From an uncultured delta proteobacterium (GTDB lineage: Bacteria > Desulfobacterota > Binatia > UBA9968): 64,000 nt of DNA. The stretch spans positions 160,001 through 224,000 of the forward strand of contig CAVUVW010000017.1 of NCBI GenBank assembly GCA_963745035.1. The letters run 5' to 3'. The notes beneath the pieces are model-generated. The model was not told the DNA's origin and searched no databases. It saw only the letters and a list, made by a program, of their open reading frames with translations. A program made the position numbers and the translations under genes. Below, one piece after another: positions 62,333 to 64,000 of this stretch; the first letter of the stretch is position 1; the number at the start of each line of letters is the position of its first letter.

Positions 62333-63250
62333 ATGCCGCATCCCATCTCACGACGGAAATTTCTCAGCGCCGCGGCGGTCGCCGCGACAGCAGCGCTGAC
62401 TGGAGGGCGGGCGATGGCCGAATTGATCGTGCGCAAACCGATTCCCCGAACCGGGGAAGCACTGCCGGTCATAGGCCTCGGCACCTGGCAAACCTTTGAT
62501 GTCGGCGCCGGCAAAACTGCCCGCGAGCCGCTGAAAGAAGTGCTTCGCGAGTTCGCTAAAGCCGGAGGCAGCGTCATCGACTCCTCGCCGATGTACGGCA
62601 GCTCGGAAACCGTGGCCGGGGATATTATCCAAGAGCTGGGATTGCACAAGCAACTCGTTCTGGCCACGAAAGTCTGGACCTCAGGCCGCGAGGCGGGGGT
62701 GCGCCAGATGGAAGAATCGTTCCGGCGTTTGCGCGTCCAGCGCATGGATCTCATGCAAGTCCACAACTTATTGGATTACCGCTCACATCTCGAGACGCTC
62801 CGGCGCTGGAAGGAGCAGGGCAAAGTCCGCTACATCGGCGTCACTCATTACACCGCGAGCGCTTACGATCAGCTTGCGCGCGTCTTGGAAAGCGAAGAGT
62901 TGGATTTTGTCCAGTTGAATTATTCACTGGGCGAGCGCGAAGCCGAGAAGCGGCTCCTGCCGTTGGCCGCGGAAAGAAAGCTCGCCGTGCTGGTCAACCG
63001 CCCTTTCGCCGAAGGCCGCCTGTTTCGCCGCGTCTCGGGCAAAGCACTGCCACCTTGGGCCGGAGAAGTCGGCTGCGCCAGTTGGGCGCAATTTTTCCTG
63101 AAGTTCATCGTTTCTCACCCGGCCGTGACCTGCGCGATACCGGCAACCAGCAAGGTCGCGCATCTCGCCGACAATATGCGCGCCGGACTCGCGCCCATGC
63201 CCGATGCCCGCATGCGCGAGCGCATGGCGGCCCATTTCAGCTCGCTATGA
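62333..63250 (+). CDS. Aldo/keto reductase with Tat-like leader
   Basis: SRRKFL, IGLGTW, DSSPMYG, ATKVW, DLMQVHNL. Confidence 0.9.
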   Translation: MPHPISRRKFLSAAAVAATAALTGGRAMAELIVRKPIPRTGEALPVIGLGTWQTFDVGAGKTAREPLKEVLREFAKAGGSVIDSSPMYGSSETVAGDIIQELGLHKQLVLATKVWTSGREAGVRQMEESFRRLRVQRMDLMQVHNLLDYRSHLETLRRWKEQGKVRYIGVTHYTASAYDQLARVLESEELDFVQLNYSLGEREAEKRLLPLAAERKLAVLVNRPFAEGRLFRRVSGKALPPWAGEVGCASWAQFFLKFIVSHPAVTCAIPATSKVAHLADNMRAGLAPMPDARMRERMAAHFSSL

Positions 63251-63403
63251 CCCGACCGGCCGCCGAACGATTTGAACCGACCCGGACTCGATCCGGGGCT
63301 TGAACGATTTGAACTTTTTGAACGCACTTTGCGAATAATTGACAGCCCGCCAGGCCGATGATAGCGCTGGATCTCATCATCAATATCACAAGGAGGAACC
63401 ACG

Positions 63404-63782
63404 ATGGCCAAGCTTCGTCATCTCGCGATTCTCACCCATCAGCCCGATAAGCTCGCCGATTTTTACAAACGGGTTTTCGAAATGGAGGAAATGTACCGTA
63501 CGAAAAACGGCTCCGTCCATCTTTCCGACGGCGAAGTCAATCTGGCGATCTTGAACGCCAACGATCCGAAAGAACCCGGCCACCAGCCGGGACTGTATCA
63601 TTTCGGATTTCACGTCGAAGATAACAAGGAAATCGCCAAGCGCATCAGCGAAATTCATCCCGCCGGCGCGCCCAAGGAGCGCGAAGCAACCTATGCCGGA
63701 GGGACGCGGCTCGGATCCCGACGGCAACCTTTTCGACATTTCCACCGTCGGCTGGGGCTATAAGCGCCGCATGGATCTTTAA
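63404..63782 (+). CDS. VOC family protein; apparent frameshift near 63700
   Basis: KLRHLAI, LSDGEVNLAIL, GLYHFGFHV; alternative frame has DPDGNLFDIS. Confidence 0.82.
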
Positions 63783-63799
63783 GTCGCGGCGGTCAAGAT

Positions 63800-64000
63800 A
63801 TGTTCACGTTCATCGTTTCTCTTCTCATCGTTTATTCGTCGCTGATTTTCTCTGCGCGCGCTGCGGAAGCGGCCAGCGCGGATGAGGTCGTCAAAAAAGC
63901 CGCGGCGCTTTCCGGCGTGCAGCGCAAGGCGTTTCTCGAAGAGGGCGCAAAGAAAGAAGGCGAGATCGTCTTTTATACCTCGCTGAGCCTCACGGATTAT
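63800..64000 (+). CDS. Extracellular solute-binding protein, 5' end (partial)
   Basis: Signal peptide, then LEEGAKKEGEIVFYTSL. Confidence 0.75.
   Translation, partial: MFTFIVSLLIVYSSLIFSARAAEAASADEVVKKAAALSGVQRKAFLEEGAKKEGEIVFYTSLSLTDY

Overview
This is a GC-rich bacterial window. The many NMT1/SsuA-type and Bug-type binding proteins, LLM oxidoreductases and hydantoinases resemble Candidatus Binatia/'Deltaproteobacteria' soil genomes (inference only). The flanks (1-17.4 kb and 44.5-64 kb) hold ordinary metabolic and transport genes, with many palindromic intergenic elements built from 6-9 nt tandem units. The centre (about 17.4-44.5 kb, minus strand) is a head-to-tail array of 24 ~1-kb paralogs of the ABC_sub_bind (TrpX/YbbN-like) substrate-binding family, with no cognate permease, ATPase or integrase in the window. 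The array looks like a cassette system. Units share a conserved 3' tail, and orphan tail copies bound non-SBP cargo (a TA module and an 'empty' palindrome). Two TA modules sit antisense with their own promoters. Interchangeable heptamer-repeat leaders are joined to different bodies, one pair of units is fused in frame, and a four-helix-bundle gene sits in the same inverted-repeat element that forms several leaders. Many units are frameshifted, but some flank genes are too, so assembly error cannot be excluded.
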